Origin: Lama glama
Lineage: Eukaryota
DNA: 64,000 nt
Direction of reading: 5' to 3'
NCBI GenBank assembly: GCA_028534125.1
Contig: CM052817.1
Coordinates: forward strand, 106,146,001 to 106,210,000
Part shown: positions 39,141 through 52,882 of the stretch, in pieces
Position numbering within the stretch: position 1 is the first letter of the stretch
How the letters are laid out: each line of letters begins with the position of its first letter
Position numbers and translations under genes: made by a program
The notes under the pieces: model-generated
Databases searched by the model: none
Told to the model about the DNA's origin: nothing
The model's input: the letters and a program-made list of their open reading frames with translations, nothing else

Positions 39141-41319
39141 GGATAACATTTTATGGAACTTGGTAAAATGCATAGGGGTCTTCAAACAGTGTGATTAATT
39201 TTATGTGCAAGTTTAGTAGTGACAGTTTTATGGAAATCTAAGGATATGTATTTTTTCATGTATTTCTAGAAAGACTTACATTAGAGAAAAATCAGACTTT
39301 CCCAAGTGTACAGAAAATAATACTCTAATATTCACTGCTAAAAGATGAAGAGCGTTTGAAAGATGTTAAATAAATGGGAATTAAATAAAATTATAAAACT
39401 CCAGGAAGTTACTAGAATGATTTCAAATTGATTAATTATTTTTGTTTTAATTTGAACACTTTTTAAAATAGATTCTGTACTTTTTTCTGTACATTTTACC
39501 AATTATACTTTAAATAATACATATATTTTTCAAAACCACTAAAGCACCTTGATATATAAAATCTAGTTTCATAATCAGAAGTCTCTATAAATGGAGTCAG
39601 TAAATAGGTATTTTAGTTGCATTTACTTTGGAGGGGAAATTAAGTTTTCTAAACCTAAAATGACTGAGACAAATGTAAATCTTTGGACTTTTTTTTTGTC
39701 TGCACCTCATTGTTTCAAATATTATTTTAGAAGCTTGAATCCATAAAGAATCTTGATAAAATAGAATGTTCATTGGTGTAACTTGATTATATTATTATAT
39801 TAACTTAATGGTTTTTATAAATTTTCGAGTCTCTTTCACTTTTATGAAACTATCATGAGTAAAATAAACAAATTAAGAAAAATGTCTTTATAGACATTAA
39901 CATTGTTGATTTGGCTTGCTCTTTGTTCTCTCAATACCAATAATTATATGTGTACTAATAGAATATAGTTTTTTCTTGATATAGTGCATTAAAGGAATCA
40001 TTTTACACAGTATTTCAGGCAATACCAAATAATTTGTAAGAATGTTTTATTTTATCTCTGAGATCACCTAACGTTTAATTTCAGAAAAGGAACTGACATC
40101 AGAGACTCAGACTCAGTTTCTAATAAGAATGAAACATTTTATATGCAACATTTTTCTCACTTAGTAATTGCCACGGAAGTGGAATTGTCAGTTCAATTTT
40201 CTTTTCCCGTTATCTTTTTCATGTGAAAGATGTGGCAAAAAACATTGTTCCAGACTATTAAAAATAATAATTGAACTGGATTGATCATTAGTTTGATTTG
40301 TTAATTTTCCTATATTGTTTCTTTTTTTTACTCTTTCTTTTTTTTTTTTTTTTTTTCCTGAAAGAGGTACAGGCAAAAAGAACTGAATGAAGATTGCCTT
40401 TCACATGCCATCAAATGTAATCAACTAACAACAAGGATTTTTCAGTAATAGAGAACTTCGTGTGGATAGACCAAGGCTTGAAAAACAATGATTAGGCAAA
40501 GACTACCAACATATATAAAGTGAGTATCATGTGTTTATGTGTGCTTTCCTGCAAAGCAAAAATTCTGAGACTGACCTCATTACAATGTTATGATTGTTTT
40601 TAATTTTCATATATAATATCATCATAATTTATATGTGTACCTCTATCTCAGGTACGTAGATCATGAAGCAAGAGTTGCTTTTGACTTTGTAATTCTGCAG
40701 TTAAGCCATGCTACAGTTACTTCTGATTTTTCACTTCCAGACAATTAACATAAATACTGAATGCCCACTATATGTTAGATTTTTATTTATGCACTGATTA
40801 TTCATAGCAGTTAAATTAACAAAAAGTAATTGGTCTTATAGAATTCCTATTGTAGTGGTATATATGTAGAATACTCAGGTAAACTAATATACCATCAAAG
40901 TTTAACATGACATTTGCATTTTGGGAGGAAATAAAATACATTTTGTTTGGTAGCAACCGAAGACATTTGACTATTCTGCCTGCAGTCCTTGCTATATAAT
41001 AAGGCAAATGTGAAGCTTTCCTCAGTGGTGAACTAGGACCTGGATGAGCAGATATACTGTTTACCAAGAACACTCTTTCCTGGTTTTGTTGTACCAGGTG
41101 TCCTCCTGCTTTCTGAGAGCATCATTAAAATCTGTTCTTAATGTAGGACAAAGCACCTGGGATATAAGACACAAAACACTAACAATAATACATTTTTCAC
41201 TAGGAATTTTAGAATCACATCACTTCCATAAATTCAGCATTTATCAATATGTATTTCTAATTTACCTTCTCATCTTATGCCAGATTTATCATTGCAGTTG
41301 AAAGCAACCAACATGGAAT

Positions 41320-44275
41320 ATCACTTCTGTTCATAATGATGTAACAGAGAATGGATTTAACCTTTCACCATAAATGATTATAAAACCAAGCTAAATATAT
41401 AAAGTAGCAGTTTTTAGAACTTCGAGAAGAGGCAGTGCAACGTCTAGACTAAAGACTCAGAGAAGTGGAACACAAACAGGGCATAGGAGTCTCACTGAGT
41501 TTAGGAGATGGAGATCAAGGGTTCAGAGGGGAAGGTTTGGGCCACAGTTCAGGAAATAGGAGAACTAAGTAGAAAAGAGTTTCTACATGGAGACATGGAA
41601 AAAAACATGGAAACAACAGCTTAAAGCAAAAAATTAAGAAACCAGCCAAAAAGTATTGCACAGCTTACTACATATGGAGATTTGAATCACAAGCACAAAC
41701 AGAAGATATTGCTGTAAGAGTTTTACACTCAAGATGAAGTGATAAGACATGATTTGTGGTAGACTGTGATAAGTTAAAGACAAAGATTATATACCCTAGA
41801 ACAAAGTAAAAATTAAAATGAAGTATAGTTAAGCATTAATGGTAGAGACGAAACAGTCATAAGAATTGCCGATTAATAGAAATAAAGAAGAGAAATTTAA
41901 AATGTTTAGTGTATGTAAGAAACAAAAGGCAAGATGTTAGATTTAAATAAAGTTGTATTGAATATTACATTAAATGTAAGTTGTCCAACAAAATCCAATT
42001 AAAAGACAGAATTTGCCAGACTGGATAAATAAGACAACTATTCACTTTGTGTTGTTTATAGGAAACCCACTTTAAGTATAAAGACATACATGGGTTAAAA
42101 ATAAAACAAAGAAAATATTATCACAGAAGGACAAAATACAAAGAAGATGAAGTGGTCATGGTGGTATCAGATAATGTATATTCAGAAGAATAAGTAGTAT
42201 TAGAGATAAAAAATATTTGTAATGATAAAATATAATTCAATGGGAAGATACAACAAACCTAAAAGTGTTGTGCTCAGTGTCTGAGTTCTAAATACATGAA
42301 GCAAAACCAACACTTCTGACAAAGAAACAAATTGGCGATTACAGCTGAGTATTTCAATACCCTTCTCTCATCGATTGGTAGAACAAGTAGGTAGAAGATC
42401 AGTAAGTGTGCAGAATATTTAAACAACTCTATGAATTGAATTGAACTAATAGATATTTAATCAGCATGCCACACAAAACAGCAGAATATACATTCCCTAT
42501 ACTGCACATGGAATATTCAATCTCATAGACCATATGTTTGACCATAAAATATTACAAGGCTCAATAAATTAAAAGCATATTGACTATGCTCACTGATGCC
42601 AGTAGAATTAAATTGGAAGTCAATAACATAAATTTACCTGGAGAATTCTCATACATTTGGACATTAAACAGCACACTCCTCAAAGGAAATTCATGATGAA
42701 ACTTAGAAAGTATTTTGAACTGAATAAAAATAAAAATGTAATATATCAAAATCTGTGAGATACAACTGAATATGTGCTTAGTGGAAAAATTATAGTTTTA
42801 AATTCTTAGGAGCGGAAAGATGCCCACCAATAATCATGGCATCTCCCTTAGAAAGTAGGAAAAATGGGGAAAATTATCCACAGAATTTCTTGGAAAAAAA
42901 AGAAGTATTTATGATAATAATATCAGTAAGTGATGCAGAAAATGTATAGATAAAGGAATAAAAATATCAGTAATCTGAAAAGTCATTTTTCAAAATAAAA
43001 TCAACAAACTTGATAGACCATTAGCTAGTCTGAGCAAGATAAAAGGAGAGAGGATACAAGTAAGTGATACTAATAGAATGAAAATCTCAGAACAGACCAA
43101 TATACTTTAAAAGGATTGTAAGAAAATATTATGAACAATTTATTCCAATAAATCTGACAATTAAGGTGAGAAGAGTTCTTGAAAGACACAAAGAACCAAA
43201 ACTAACTGAAGAGAAGAAATGAGAAACCTGAATAGCTCTCTGTCTTGAAAGAAATTTTATTTGTATTAAAATATTTCCACAAAGAAAACCCCAGGCCCAG
43301 ATGGCTTCGGTGATGAATGCTATAAATGATTTGATGAAGAATTAATACCATACCTACACAAACACTTTTAGAAAAATAGAGGAAGAGGAAATATCGTCTA
43401 AGTCATTTTTATAAAGCTCATATTACCATCATACTTCAGCCAAGTGAAAATATTCCAAGGAATGAAAAAGGGAACATAGATGTGAACATCAGTCGCAAAA
43501 TATTACCAAGTAACTCCAGTAATATCTAAAAATAAGAAAGTAAAGATATATTTACCATTTGCAAACCCATCAAAACTGTCCACAATTATTCCAGAATAAA
43601 AAAAAGAACTCAATATATTTGGGAATAGTATTTGAACATGATTTTTTTTATAAAATAATAAGTTCTCAACATGAGGAGAATAGAAAGTAACTTCCTCAAA
43701 AAGGTAACAATCCTCAATAAAAATCTTATAGCTAGCATTATACATATTGCTGAAACACTAAGTGATTTTCTTCCAAGATCAGAAAAAGGACAAGGATATC
43801 TGCTCCCTTATGCTCAAAATTAGACTGGAAGACATCAAAGACATACAGATCATATTTATAGATGACATAATTGTATTCAAAGTAAGTTCTAAATAATCTA
43901 CCATAAAAAACTACTTCTCTGAAGTTTAATGTCAATATTTAAAAATGTGTTTTCTTTCTGTATATTAACAATAAACAACTTGAAGAATATGAAAATGAAT
44001 ATGTGTATGTATATTCATGACTGGGACATTGTGCTGTACAGCAGAAATTGACACACTGTAACTGACTGCTTCAATAAAAAAACAAAAAGAAACCAATAAA
44101 CAATTTGAAATCAAAACTGTAAGATAGGTGTTTAAAATAGCATCGACAACATGAAACACTAAGGGATATATTTAACATCGTATGTGCATGATCCTTAGGC
44201 TGAAAACTACAGAACATTGGTGAAAGGAATAACAGAAGTCTTAAATAATTGGATAGACAAACCATTTTCATAAGT
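41320..44275 (+). mobile_element. Old L1 (L1MC/L1MD-like): 5' end, ORF1-ORF2 junction, ORF2 remnants
   Basis: ccaattaaaagacagaatttgccagactggata, gcagaatatacattc...gcacatggaatattc, caggcccagatggcttcggtgatgaat. Confidence 0.85.
43985..44093 (+). mobile_element. Nested camelid-type L1 3' end with 16-bp TSD
   Basis: TSD caataaacaacttgaa (43969-43984) / caataaacaatttgaa (44094-44109). Confidence 0.9.
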
Positions 44276-44399
44276 TGGGCAGGAGCACAATCCTGTTATC
44301 AAACTGGTAAGTTTTCAGAACTAATATAAGGTCATTTAACTCAGGAAAATTTCTTATAATTGTAGCAAGTGGAATTCAACATTATATAAAATAGCAAAC

Positions 44400-46454
44400 A
44401 GACAATGTCTATTTATCTCTGGAAGATAAGGCTGGTTTATTATTTAAGTTATTTACAATGAAATTCACATATAAAGAGATTATAGAGAAAAAAATTTGAT
44501 AATTACAGAAAAATATGTTTGACAAAAAGCAATATAAGTTGATTATAAGAAAATCTCTCAGTTAAGTTGGAATAAAAGGGCATTTGTTAGTGTGATATAA
44601 TTTTTAAAATGACATAATCATGTTTATACTTTTAAGATGAGTAAAAAATCAAGGATGATTATATTATCACTTCTTCACTTCCTATTGAAGGACCTATTAA
44701 GTAAAAAAAAATATTTTAAAGCAAAAATATTAAGAGGAAATTAAATGTCATTATTTGCAAAAAAAATTGACAGCATACATTATTAAGCTAAAGAAAATGT
44801 AAATAATAGGAAGTATGTTTCCTATTTATAATATTAAAATATAAATAATAGGAAACTTTGCACTATGAATATATGACTTAGAAATGTCAGTTGCAAGTCT
44901 ATACCTCTGAAATAAACTGATAGAAAAATAATATTATTTACAACAACAACAAAAACATAAATTATTTTCAAATATATATAACAAGAAATTCTTAATGACT
45001 CTATGTAAGGGATTATTCAACTTTTGGAGGAAAACATTGAAAGATACTTAAATAAGGAGAAATTTAATGTTTATGAATGGAAAATAAATATTGCAAAAAA
45101 ATTAATTTTTCACAAAATTTTTGATTGAATGAAATTCAAAGTAAAATGCTAACAGAGTTTTTATAACACTTGATAAAATATTTCAAACATTTGTATGAAA
45201 GAGAAATAACACAAGAATAACCAAGACACATTTGAACAGAAAAGAGAGGATTTGCATTCTAGAACATCAAGTCTTATAAAACTATAGTAATAGATGTAGT
45301 ATATAAGTAAAATATAATATAATAATAGACAAGATTGAATAATTCTACTCATAAAATATAACTGAGAGCCAAACAGAGACAGTTTTTATAATTCTTTGAA
45401 ATATGATAAGTTAGCTTGGAAGATCAGTGGGAAAAATAGGAAATTTAAAAAAATCAAGTCGAGCAGGAAAATAATTACTGACATGAAATAAATTAAATTG
45501 GATTCCTTTATCACACATTAACCAAAGTCAAATCCATATGAAATAAGTTAAATATCAAAGTAGTGTTTTTGAAAATTTGATGTAAATTTTAATGGGTTCT
45601 ATTTCTGAGCTTGGGAACTGGAGGTATTTTTAAATAAGGCAAAAATTGCCACTTAGAAAGCAAAAGATTGACAAAATGGGTTACATTAAAATGTAAAAGC
45701 CTTTAAATCAAAAACCACTTTATAGAAATTTGAAATGCAACTTACAAACTAGAGGAAGATATTTGCAACACATATAATGAATAAAAAATATAAAGAACTC
45801 CTACAAATCAATATGAAAATGACAAACAACCCAATATGAAAAACGAAAAGATACTTGAGAAAGTACTTCACAGAAGAGGTAATACATATGGTTAGTGAAG
45901 ACATGGAAGGATATTCAATCATATTTATGATCAGACAAATGTAAATTGAAGCCAGAATTAGATTCTTGTTTACGTATTTTCAAATAGCAAAAATCAAGAA
46001 GTATGACAGTGCCATGTGCTTGAAAGAATGATTCATCACAGTCTCCTATAAACTGTTGGAACTTCGCAGATAGTCTATGTAGCCATTTTGTACAATCATT
46101 CTGAAAAATAATTTGACATCTTCTTATAAATTTTACCCCTTACTATCCATGAATTTCACTCCTAAGTGCATACAAAAGAAATACAAATACATTATAAGAT
46201 AATATGCAAGGGTGTTAACAGAAGTGCTTATCAGAATAGCAAAAATGTGCCCATCAACAGGAGAATGGATTACTCAAATATAGGACTTTCAAACAATGGA
46301 GTATCACACAGTGGTCAGAGTAAGTGAACTACAGCTAGTTATGACAACATAGATGAACCTTATTACTGTAATATTTGGTTTAAAAATCACCAAAGACTGC
46401 ATAAAGTATGATACTATTTTCATAAAATCAAACTGCCTGAGACCATGTGCTCAA
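44400..46454 (+). mobile_element. Very old L1 (L1ME-like) ORF2 3' half and 3'UTR
   Basis: aggaagatatttgcaacacatataatga...aagaactcctacaaatcaata...tgcccatcaacaggagaatggat; ends at the gap. Confidence 0.75.
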
Positions 46455-46954
46455 NNNNNNNNNNNNNNNNNNNNNNNNNNNNNNNNNNNNNNNNNNNNNN
46501 NNNNNNNNNNNNNNNNNNNNNNNNNNNNNNNNNNNNNNNNNNNNNNNNNNNNNNNNNNNNNNNNNNNNNNNNNNNNNNNNNNNNNNNNNNNNNNNNNNNN
46601 NNNNNNNNNNNNNNNNNNNNNNNNNNNNNNNNNNNNNNNNNNNNNNNNNNNNNNNNNNNNNNNNNNNNNNNNNNNNNNNNNNNNNNNNNNNNNNNNNNNN
46701 NNNNNNNNNNNNNNNNNNNNNNNNNNNNNNNNNNNNNNNNNNNNNNNNNNNNNNNNNNNNNNNNNNNNNNNNNNNNNNNNNNNNNNNNNNNNNNNNNNNN
46801 NNNNNNNNNNNNNNNNNNNNNNNNNNNNNNNNNNNNNNNNNNNNNNNNNNNNNNNNNNNNNNNNNNNNNNNNNNNNNNNNNNNNNNNNNNNNNNNNNNNN
46901 NNNNNNNNNNNNNNNNNNNNNNNNNNNNNNNNNNNNNNNNNNNNNNNNNNNNNN
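46455..46954. other. Assembly gap (500 N)
   Basis: Exactly 500 N. Confidence 1.
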
Positions 46955-47219
46955 GCATTGGTGGGGAATGCAACCCATCAATTCCTCAGTTAAGGAACTG
47001 AGTCGGCAAATTCAGAAGAAATTCCACAGAGCCATCAAAGCCTGTGAGAGAGAGATTAAAACAAGCATAACTGCATAAAATAGTTTATTTATCCCATTTT
47101 AAGTGGAAGAATGAATGTAGCCAAGGACACCAAAAGTTCTCACCAAGTGGAGATTAAGTCTTGTTTTAAGCTCTATGTCACACACAAAGCACAAAATTTA
47201 TTTTGTAGATATTTCTAGG

Positions 47220-47430
47220 TCCCCTATGTTGTCCTACCCATCTAATTTTCCATTCTTTTAGCAAAACCACACCATCTCAAGTACCGTAGGTTTAACAAAT
47301 CTTGAAGTTAGGCCGTATCAGTTTTCCGACTTTGTTCTTCTTCAGTATTGTTTTGGATATTCTGCATCCTTTGCCTTTCCAAATAGATTTTAGAATTGAT
47401 GTCTTAATATCAACAAAATAAGCTGGTGGG
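47220..47430 (-). mobile_element. L1 ORF2 fragment
   Basis: tcttgaagttagg...ccgactttgttcttcttcagtattgttttggatattctg...ttttagaatt. Confidence 0.75.
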
Positions 47431-47478
47431 AGAAAAAGGAAGCACTGTAAAATTCAGTAGTAAAAATGAATATTTCTA

Positions 47479-47722
47479 TGGGAAGGGATAAATTGGGAGT
47501 TTCAGAACTGCTAATATTTACTACATACAAAATTGATAAAAGTAAAACAGATTTCTTCTGTACAGCACAGAGAACTATATTCAATACCTTGTAGTACCTT
47601 ATAATGAAAAAGAATATGAAAATAAATACATGCATGTATATGTCTGACTGAAGCATTATGCTTTACACCAGAAATTGACCCATTGTAACTGCCTATATTT
47701 CAATAAAAAATACATTTAAATT
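47479..47722 (+). mobile_element. Camelid-type L1 3' end with 18-bp TSD
   Basis: TSD taaaaatgaatatttcta (47461-47478) / taaaaatgaatatttata (47723-47740). Confidence 0.95.
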
Positions 47723-49999
47723 TAAAAATGAATATTTATAGCATCTCTGTCACACTCACTACATCAATGTGGATATCCTCACCAACAAATCTTTTCTTAG
47801 ATTCAGCTTGTCACTCATGTTTCTGCAACTCCATGACCTCTATCAAGTGTTTTCTCGACACATTTATTTTTTCACCTTTCAAAGCCTGTCAAAGAACTGG
47901 CCCTCTATGAACATTAGATAATTAGATAATTGCTTCATGTACACATTATTTCATTAATTAATCTTTTATTTATTAGTTCTAAGTGAATAAATCCCTGTAG
48001 TGGATTATGTAGAGCCATTTTGTAGGAATTATAGGCAAAGTAATTTGCTAAGAGATCATTGTACAATTTATGGAAATATTCCCCCATATAGTTAAAAATA
48101 TATATATCAAATCTTTCTATACTATGCATTCTAAACAAAAACGGCTTAATCTTACTCTTTGACAGAAAATTATCTATTCCATTGATAGTTTGTTCCTATG
48201 AATTTGCATATTCAAGATTAAACTTATAATTAGTTACTCTGACTGAAATATACAACTCTTTTTACCTTCTCCAACTGAAAACTTCGGGGGTTTAAATATT
48301 GATAAATACTATTATATTGTTTCTTCACTTTTAAATAATTGTTCCTTTTTTGAGTATGTGTAACTTAAGTTTTTATTTTACTATGTGTTTTAAAGAATTA
48401 TCCCTGGGACTTGAAATATATATATATATTTTTTTTTTTAAACTATCCACACTTTCATCTATTTGTTCTGTTGTTCTTTTTCCATTATATTACTCACTTT
48501 TATTTTTATTTTCTAATAGATGAATTTATATATACACATTACAAATAGTATGCAATATAGCTGTAATTAATCTCTAACTGAATATATCTTTAGGCTGATT
48601 TTTTTCAACTTCAAAATTATATCTTTCTGTTTTGCATTTTTTGTTGTTAATTTTCAATTGCATTTAATATATAAAAATTATTTGAATTTTATTCAGATTT
48701 AGTTTTGTTATTATATAATTAAATTCAAATTTTTGAGGTTTTTAAGTATGGTAAAAGAAAGATACATTATTTATTTACAAAATCCCAATAGAATCTAAAG
48801 TCCTAAAATATAAACAAGTATCAAAACAATTTTTAATCACTGTATATTTTGGGGTTTCTAAGATTCTCTTCATGAAAAAGAAGACTTCCATATTTTAAAA
48901 ACTTAATTCTAGAAATGTAATGACCTTTACATAACTTTGCTGAAAATATCTGCATTTAGACAATTTGTAAACAACTAAGATTTAAGAATGGAGAAAGGAA
49001 CAAGAGTCTTATCATCTGTTTTTTAATCCTTTATATCTGTTGATCAACTATGCCCTCAATTTTTCGTGGGGAAGGAACTAGTGTCTTAAAGTCTGAAATC
49101 GTTTGTATTTATATTTGAGAAAGCTTATCTGGTTTTAATATTTGTACTGTCATACAAACAGCAGAGGAAAAGTGAGTCCCAGGAAGTAGATACGTTGTTG
49201 AATTAGACAAAGAATGCCACAGGAAATACTTAATGACAATTTAATAGATGTTTTGAAGAGAGGGGGCCACATTGGGATACTTGATTGATACCCCATCTGC
49301 ATGATGGAACTGTTATAGCCCAAATGCTTATCAATGTTCATACAAACAGAGACGCTAATGAGATCAATTTCTCGGTCAATAGCCTCACATTTTCCAACCT
49401 GTCAGGGCTGAGAGACGTTGCAGCCACAGGCACAGGCTCTGCCATCTGCTGTGAATGATGAGCTGGCGTTTTTCTGGTTGAAAAAATTATGCAGAAAATA
49501 ATGTTAGAGGTATAGAACCAGATTTCTGTGTCCAGATGAAAGCCAGTAATGGCACGATTGTAACTTTTTAATTAGATTTAATGCATGGAAATAATTGTGA
49601 AAAACACTCAAGCAGTTGTCATAGGATGTGTCCATAATGTTACATCATGGAAGCCCTTTATTTCATTCACAATTAGTATGATTCACTTGATTATGTGAAT
49701 TTTTCCAGTTCGCTGTCAGGTCTTTCCAATTCTTTTCCCTAGATTATTTTCCCCAAATATCTTTAATTTATTCTACATCCAACAATATATAAGGTATATT
49801 TACTGAAACATATTACTTTAAAATGGTAAGATTATTCATTGGTGTCAATTGAACAAATTTCATCATTTAAGCACATATATCATCTATGTGCATTTAATTT
49901 GATTATTGAAAACCTCACTTCTTATTTCTTCAAAAAGATAAGCTGCTTTCACCTTGATTTCTCAACAATTAAACTCATCATTATAATTGATGAGTGACC

Positions 50000-50270
50000 A
50001 TAGTAGATAACATATTTTCAATCAAGTTTTCATTTTCTCTTCCACCTCTGGAGAAAAGAATATTTCCCCAACTCATTGATCTGGGGCTTTTCCAAGTGAC
50101 TGTCTCCAAAAGAAGTGACAAGGTGCTAGTCCCAAACAGTCATTGGATGTTTATTCATCTCTGTGGCAGCTTCTAACTCTGTCAAGAGAAGAACTTGCCC
50201 TGAAGAGATGCTGCCCCTGCAACCTGGACACTGGAGTAAGACACCTGGAATAGAATCTCTTCAACTGGGC
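50000..50270 (+). mobile_element. MaLR LTR fragment (MLT1H/I/J-like)
   Basis: cattgatctggggc...aagtgact...caagagaagaacttgccctga...gctgcccctgcaacctggacactggagtaagacac. Confidence 0.6.
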
Positions 50271-50274
50271 TTCA

Positions 50275-51915
50275 CACCTGCTTCATAGTCAAATTACTCA
50301 CAGGCAATTACAAAGAGAAAATCTTAAAAGGAATCAAAAGAAGAAGATCGAGAAACAGATGATAAAAGCAGATATCCTATAAAGAAATAGCATGTCAAGA
50401 AGACAACAGCAAAACATCTTAAAATATTGAGAGAAAAAAGTGACCAAAAACTGTATCCCCAGTGGAAATATGTTTCATAAACATTGTCAAAATAAATACT
50501 TTTTCACACATCCAAAAGTGGAAAAAAATTCAGCAGCAAAAGACTTGCACTACAGAAACATAAAAGGACTTTCTCCAAGAAAATGAAAATAACATAGTAA
50601 AATGTAAATCTAAAAAAAGGAAGTAGAAGACAACAAATAGTAAATACACAGTTAATTTAGAAGATATTTTATGAATTATTTAAATGTTTTAGAAATATAA
50701 CTGACACTAAAAAACCAAATAGTACGGCATTTACAGCATATAAAAATTTTAAAATATGACAAAAATAGCACAAAGTTTGGGAGAGAGTACATTGGAGTAT
50801 ACTTTGTAAAATCCTTATGCAAAATCAGAAATTATATAATTTTATTTGAAAGTGGAATGGGAAAAATAAAAAAATTACACTGTGAACACTAAAGCAATAA
50901 CTACAGTAATAAAACAAAGAATTATAGTTAATACAACACAAAATAAATAAAATCAAAAAGTAAAAAATATTCAAAACATAGACAAAGAAGAAAGAAGAAC
51001 AAAACATAGATAGGAATAATAAATATATATATGAAAGTGAGATGTTTAAACCCCCAAATGTCAACAACATAATGGAATGTAAATGGGGTAGGTGCCACAG
51101 TGAAAGGAAAAGATTGTCAGATTGGGTCAAAGTATAAGATTATGGGAAACATACTTTCAATACAAAACTCATGTGAGTCAAATATAAAAGATTATAAAAC
51201 ATATATCATGCCAATGTTTATAAAAAGATGGGTGGGAGTAACTATGCTAAATCAGACAAAGCCGATTTCAAAGAGAAGAATGTTACCAGGGATAAAGAAG
51301 ATCACTTACTGACGATAAATAAGTCATTTCATCAGGGGGAGAAAACAAGCTCAAATGGTCATGTTACTGAGTCCAAACTCATTCTGCTCACAGGTCAATA
51401 AATTTGGAGATAAGGTATCTGGGCAAGAAATAGCAACTTTATTCAGCAGACTAAGAAGATGGAGCACTAATGTCCTGGAGGACCATCTTCCCCTAGCCAG
51501 AATTCAGGTTCTTTTTATACTAAAAAGGGAAGAAGGTGTGGTTAGTGGTTGCAAACGTCTTTGTTCTTGCAGCTGTCCATGTAGGTCAGATCATGATGTA
51601 AACCTCCAGTAAGGCAAATGTTACTCTCCGTTCTGCAACTTTTTAATCTTTATATTCATGGCAAAATGTTACGCCCTTAAAGGTCAGAGCTTTGAGTGTG
51701 GACTATCCTGTCTATTTCAGGCTCAAGGCAACATTCTTTTACAGAAGGTGAAGAACTAGCATGACTGAGCTCAGGAAACAGCACAGGGTTAGAGACAAAG
51801 GAACAGACCTAATATGAAGTCAGATTTGTTCTTCCCTATTACAGTCATATGCTTAACTCATGAGCAAAACTCATAAAACTACCCTCCAAAATAGACAAAT
51901 CCTTAATGATAGTCA
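50275..51915 (+). mobile_element. Old L1 ORF1/ORF2-start fragment, interrupted by a solo LTR
   Basis: catagtcaaatt...aaagagaaaatcttaaaagg (ORF1) and aaaagattgtcagattgg...aatcagacaaagccgatttcaa (ORF2 endonuclease start). Confidence 0.75.
51362..51843 (-). mobile_element. Solo ERV1-class LTR (482 bp)
   Basis: TG...CA termini (tgtta...ttaca); exact 4-bp TSD gtca (51358-51361 / 51844-51847); antisense AATAAA at 51438-51443 and TATA-like sequence near 51511-51520. Confidence 0.9.
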
Positions 51916-52375
51916 TGTTACATGTGGCAAAACTAATAAACGACATTGGTACATTGTTGATGCCTAAAATCCAGTTTATTTGGATTTCAAAGACTTTTTA
52001 GGGGGAATGGGGTTAATGTCCTCTTTCTGTTTCAGACTTTGATATACTTGAGGGTAATGTCCAAATATCCTGTAGAATGTCCTTCAATTTGAATTTGTTT
52101 TATCTTTTTCTTATAATTTTCCTGGGAAGAAATTTTTAAAAGAATCCAACAGAGATGCAGTGCTTTTCTGGTCGTATCATATCAAAATATACATGATATC
52201 CACCCGACATCACTGGTGACACTGGTTGTCACTGCTCGTTCAAAGTAGTGTTTGTCAGGTTTCTCCACTGGAAAGTTACTATTTTCCTCTTTCTCTAATA
52301 TATTTTTTTAGAAGCAAGTAACTGAATCTAGTCCACCCTCAAGGAGTGATGCAGGAATCAAATTCCTCTTCCTGT
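51915..52375 (-). mobile_element. L1MC-like 3'UTR, left part (split by the ERV)
   Basis: tgtagaatgtccttcaatttgaatttg, gtgtttgtcaggtttctccactggaaagttacta. Confidence 0.8.
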
Positions 52376-52859
52376 TGTAACTGAGAAGGACCCTGTGGGG
52401 CCTTCCTGGGACAGTCCCCTCCCCATAACTTCTGCTGTAGCTCCTCTCTGAAGTGCCCAGATATAGTGACTCATGTATATTTCCTGGGTGTTTCAGATGC
52501 TAAAATCCACCACCAAAGGGAAGAAATTAACTACTTGATAATGGAGAGCATGTGGCCCCCAGACATCCTGGTGCCTAGGGGTTGATAGTGTTGACTGCCC
52601 TGTTCCCTTGACATTGACCAATCAGAGGATTGTGCATGAGCTAATCATTCACCCTGTGACACCCCCCACCAACCTGTCCCTTACATGCTTTTCAATGCCC
52701 TTTGCTGAAATCCTTCAAGGAGTTCGGGGTTTTCTTGGGCATGAGTCACTCATCCGCCTTGCTTGGCCCTGCAATCAACCTTTCTCTGCTCCAAATTCTG
52801 ACATTTCAGTTTGTTTGACCTCATGGTGAAATGCGCACATGAACTTACCTTAAGTAACA
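52376..52859 (+). mobile_element. 5' LTR
   Basis: tgtaac...gtaaca; CCAAT near 52618; AP-1 site TGAGTCA at 52742-52748. Confidence 0.92.
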
Positions 52860-52863
52860 ATTT

Positions 52864-52882
52864 TGGTGAGCCAGCGAAGGAG
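52864..52882 (+). promoter_or_regulatory. Primer-binding site, tRNA-Arg-like
   Basis: TGGTGAGCCAGCGAAGGAG, 4 nt after the LTR, versus TGGCGAGCCAGCCAGGAG (complement of the tRNA-Arg-ACG 3' end, recalled). Confidence 0.7.

Noticed and set aside
46353..47078. ORFs of 176-241 aa
   Set aside because: Artefacts of translating the N gap
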